41,207 nucleotides of DNA from Verrucomicrobiaceae bacterium (GTDB lineage Bacteria > Verrucomicrobiota > Verrucomicrobiia > Verrucomicrobiales > Akkermansiaceae). The DNA is taken from NCBI GenBank assembly GCA_051252135.1, contig JBPOGH010000027.1, positions 1-41,207 of the forward strand, given 5' to 3'. The stretch's first letter is position 1; each line of letters begins with the position of its first letter. Made by a program: the position numbers and the translations under genes. The notes under the pieces were generated by a model that saw nothing but the letters and a program-made list of their open reading frames with translations, had not been told where the DNA came from and searched no databases. Below, piece after piece: positions 38,424 through 41,207 of this stretch.

Positions 38424-38452
38424 ACCCTGCTCCCTCCAAAAATCTCCGTCAA
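38424..38452 (-). promoter_or_regulatory. Putative leaderless promoter of the esterase
   Basis: TTGACG-N17-CAGGGT-N6-ATG. Confidence 0.5.
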
Positions 38453-38680
38453 TCTCCCAAATCCCCCCTCAACCAAGCCCCCAACATCCAAGCCTTCAGA
38501 GTTCAGAGTTCAAGGCCCCCTCAACCCAAGCCCCTCAACCATCCCATTCATCTGCGTCCATCTGCGGTTAACTCTCCCCCTCAACCAAGCCTCCAACATC
38601 CAAGCCTTCAAAGTTCAACGTTCAACGTTCAACTCTCCTCCAAAAATCTCCGTAAATCTTCTCAATCTGCGGATAAATCT
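38433..38680 (+). repeat. Nested intergenic repeat mosaic
   Basis: CCTCCAAAAATCTCCGT at 38433 and 38637; ~40-bp near-identical copies at 38465 and 38577; NNGTTCA heptamers; 47-bp block 38527-38573. Confidence 0.9.
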
Positions 38681-38707
38681 CCCTTCCCCACCCGTAGTCC
38701 TCCCCGC

Positions 38708-40969
38708 ATGCTTCGCGTTCTCCTTCTCATCTCTCTCTTCCTGCCATCGCTCTCTCTGGCAGCACCCGATGGCGCCGCGATCTACAAGCAGCACTGCGCC
38801 TCCTGCCACGGCGATTCCGGCGAAGGCGTAGCCGACGAATACGATGAAGCCCTCGTCGGCAAACGCTCCCTCGAATCCCTCACCAAATACATCCACAAAT
38901 CCATGCCCGAGGATGACGAAGACCTCGTCATCGACGGAGACGCCCAAGCCGTCGCCGCCTACATCCACGCCGCCTTCTACTCCCCCGAAGCCCAGGCCAA
39001 GCTCAAGCCCGTCCGCCGCGATCTCCTCCGCCTCACCCAACACCAACACCGGCGCTCCATCACCGACATCGTCCAATCCTTCCGCAACCGACCCTACCAG
39101 GGCGATAAGCACGGCCTCCGTGGCAACTACTTCAACAAGGAAAAGATGAACGACCGAAAGGGCAAACTCCTCGAACGCGTCGACCCCGTCCCCGCCTTCG
39201 ACATCTCCGAAAACCACGGAGTCGAGGGCATCAATCCCAAAGCCCACTCCATCTACTGGACCGGCTCCCTCCTCCCCCCGGAGACCGGCACCTACCTCTT
39301 CCGCATGACCTCGCCAAACGGCATGCGCATGTATCTCAATGAGCACGATCACAAGGAAGACCCCTTCATCGATGGCTGGGTCTCCTCCGGAAACCAAATG
39401 CGCTCCCTCGAAGCCTCCATGTTCCTCCTTGGCGGCCACGGCATCCCCATCTTCATCGAATTCCTCTGCTTCAAAGAAGAAAAGTCCTCCCTCCGCATCG
39501 AGTGGAAACCCCCTCACGGAGTCTGGGAACCCATCCCCTCCCGCGTCCTCTACGCCGATGGCGCCGATCAAGCCGCCCTCATCTCCACCCCCTTTCCTCC
39601 CGATGACGCCTCCCTCGGCTACGAGCGCGGATCCTCCATCTCCAAAGCCTGGCAGGAATCCGTCGCCAATGCCGCCATCGAAGCCACCTCCCACATCTTT
39701 GGCGATATCGATCAGCTCGCCCGCACCAAACCCGACGACAAGGACCGCTGGGACAAACTCAAAAAATTCTGCCACCAATTCGCCGAACAAGCCTTCCGCC
39801 GCCCCCCCACCCCGGAGCAACACCAACTCTACGTCGACACCCCCTTCAAGGAAGCCGGAGATGATGCCGATACCGCCACCAAGCGGTCCCTCATGCTCAT
39901 CCTCACCTCCCCCTATTTTCTCTACCCCGATCTCAACCGCAACGAACAGGGCCAACCCGATCAATTCACCACCGCCGCCCACCTCGCCCTCTCCCTCTGG
40001 GACTCCGTCCCCGACAAACAACTCCTCGAAGCCGCCGCCAAAGGCCACCTCTCCGACGACAAACAAATCCAGGACCAACTCTGGCGCATGCTCGGCGACA
40101 CCCGCGCCAGATCCAAGATGAAGAACTTCTTCTACCAATGGCTCAACCTCGCCGAAAAAGACGACCTCTCCAAAGATCCCCAGGCCTTCCCCGGATTCGA
40201 CCAAGCCCTCATCGCCGACCTCCGCTCCTCCCTCGACCTCTTTATCGATAGCGTCGTCTGGACCGACCAATCCGACTACCGCCTCCTCTTCACTACCGAA
40301 AACGTCTTCCTCAACCAACGCCTCGCCAACTTCTACGGCGCCCCCCACCCCGGCGGAAACGAATTCCTCCCCCTCCCCACTCCCGACCGCAAGCGCGCCG
40401 GAATCTTCACCCACCCCTACGTCCTCGCCGCCTTCTCCTACCACCGCCAGACCTCACCCATCCACCGCGGCGTCTACCTCAGCCGCAACGTCCTCGGCCG
40501 CTTCCTCAAACCTCCCCCCAATGCCATCGAGTTCAAGGACGCCGACTTCGACCCCACCCTCACCATGCGCGAAAAAGTCACCGAGATCACCAAGGACCAA
40601 GCCTGCATGGCCTGCCACTCCATCATCAACCCCATCGGATTCTCCCTCGAGTACTACGATGCCGTCGGCCGCTTCCGCACCTCGGATAACAACAAACCCA
40701 TCGATGCCACCAGCGACTACGAAACCCCCGAGTCCGAAAAAATCCGCATCACCGGCCCCCGCGACCTCGCCAAAATCGCCGTCGAAAGCGAGGACGCCCA
40801 CCGCGCCTTCCTCAAGCACCTCTTCCACCACCTCATCCAACAACCCACCAACGCCTTCGGCTTCAGCAAAATGGACCAGCTCCACGAAACCTTCCAAAAC
40901 ACCAACTTCCACATCCGAAACATCATCGTCACCATCACCAAGTCGACACTCCCCCAACCCGCCCAATAA
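38708..40969 (+). CDS. PVC-type cytochrome c protein with PA14-like and DUF1595/DUF1592/DUF1588-like domains
   Basis: CASCH; RLTQHQH; SIYWTGSL...NGMRMY; QAFRRP, ILTSPYFLY, LSLWDSVPD; TSPIHRG...PPP...CMACH..INPIGFSLE.YDAVGRFR. Confidence 0.88.
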   Translation: MLRVLLLISLFLPSLSLAAPDGAAIYKQHCASCHGDSGEGVADEYDEALVGKRSLESLTKYIHKSMPEDDEDLVIDGDAQAVAAYIHAAFYSPEAQAKLKPVRRDLLRLTQHQHRRSITDIVQSFRNRPYQGDKHGLRGNYFNKEKMNDRKGKLLERVDPVPAFDISENHGVEGINPKAHSIYWTGSLLPPETGTYLFRMTSPNGMRMYLNEHDHKEDPFIDGWVSSGNQMRSLEASMFLLGGHGIPIFIEFLCFKEEKSSLRIEWKPPHGVWEPIPSRVLYADGADQAALISTPFPPDDASLGYERGSSISKAWQESVANAAIEATSHIFGDIDQLARTKPDDKDRWDKLKKFCHQFAEQAFRRPPTPEQHQLYVDTPFKEAGDDADTATKRSLMLILTSPYFLYPDLNRNEQGQPDQFTTAAHLALSLWDSVPDKQLLEAAAKGHLSDDKQIQDQLWRMLGDTRARSKMKNFFYQWLNLAEKDDLSKDPQAFPGFDQALIADLRSSLDLFIDSVVWTDQSDYRLLFTTENVFLNQRLANFYGAPHPGGNEFLPLPTPDRKRAGIFTHPYVLAAFSYHRQTSPIHRGVYLSRNVLGRFLKPPPNAIEFKDADFDPTLTMREKVTEITKDQACMACHSIINPIGFSLEYYDAVGRFRTSDNNKPIDATSDYETPESEKIRITGPRDLAKIAVESEDAHRAFLKHLFHHLIQQPTNAFGFSKMDQLHETFQNTNFHIRNIIVTITKSTLPQPAQ

Positions 40970-40992
40970 GGAACAACAGCCTCCCGCCCCGT

Positions 40993-41207
40993 CCCCCCAA
41001 CCAAGCCCCCCAAAGGAGTCGCGGCGCCCCGCCGCTTCGCTTCGCAAGCCCCCCAACCCAAGATTAGTCCCATTCGCAAAATTGACTGAAGTCTATCTCC
41101 ACTGCGTTCCGGTTCGCGTTCCCTCTTCCTCAACCAAGCCCCTCAACCAAGCCCCTCAACCAAGCCCCTCAACCATCCCATTCATCTGCGTCCATCTGCG
41201 GTTAACT
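40993..41207 (+). repeat. Terminal repeat mosaic with a 13-bp tandem array
   Basis: CCTCAACCAAGCC at 41128, 41141, 41154 and partial at 41167; hairpin GCGGCG-CCC-CGCCGC (41021-41035); 41161-41207 identical to 38527-38573. Confidence 0.9.

Noticed and set aside
38615..40444. 609-aa antisense ORF and many similar long shadow ORFs (e.g. 21854-23350 +, 29854-31353 -, 5331-6431 -)
   Set aside because: They overlap well-supported genes, have low-complexity G/V/E or P/H/R composition and no motifs; they are a by-product of the skewed codon usage
38433..41207. CRISPR array interpretation of the repeat mosaics
   Set aside because: Repeats are 10-13 bp or irregularly spaced, the intervening sequences are themselves repeats, and there are no cas genes
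4597..41207. Genomic island or prophage integrated at tRNA-Ser
   Set aside because: No integrase or phage genes; the only tRNA-end duplicate seen is 154 bp away; downstream genes are housekeeping

Overview
A 41.2-kb, gene-dense bacterial chromosomal segment with about 36 CDS and one tRNA-Ser(GCT). Gene content (two sulfatases, two cytochrome c-PA14 proteins including a DUF1592/DUF1588-type one, SxDLxxW C-terminal tails) points to the PVC superphylum, most likely Verrucomicrobia; this is an inference. Housekeeping genes include rlmH, rsmD, a short rlmB, a long U32-family protein, waaA, trkH and phhB, mixed with secreted hydrolases. No integrase, transposase, phage gene or CRISPR array is seen. 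The most unusual signals are: (1) extreme C>>G asymmetry of the + strand regardless of gene direction, with sharp unskewed patches; (2) intergenic mosaics of strand-polarised modules punctuated by CAACCAAGCC, with an identical 47-bp repeat on both sides of the last gene; (3) heptamer repeats inserted in-frame into a sulfatase; (4) a membrane pseudokinase with duplicated OB-fold pairs, divergent from a secreted EEP nuclease; (5) a shared C-terminal putative sorting domain on two unrelated enzymes; (6) a structured tRNA-linked repeat; and (7) recurrent leaderless promoter geometry. All calls come from reading motifs by eye; no database search was run.
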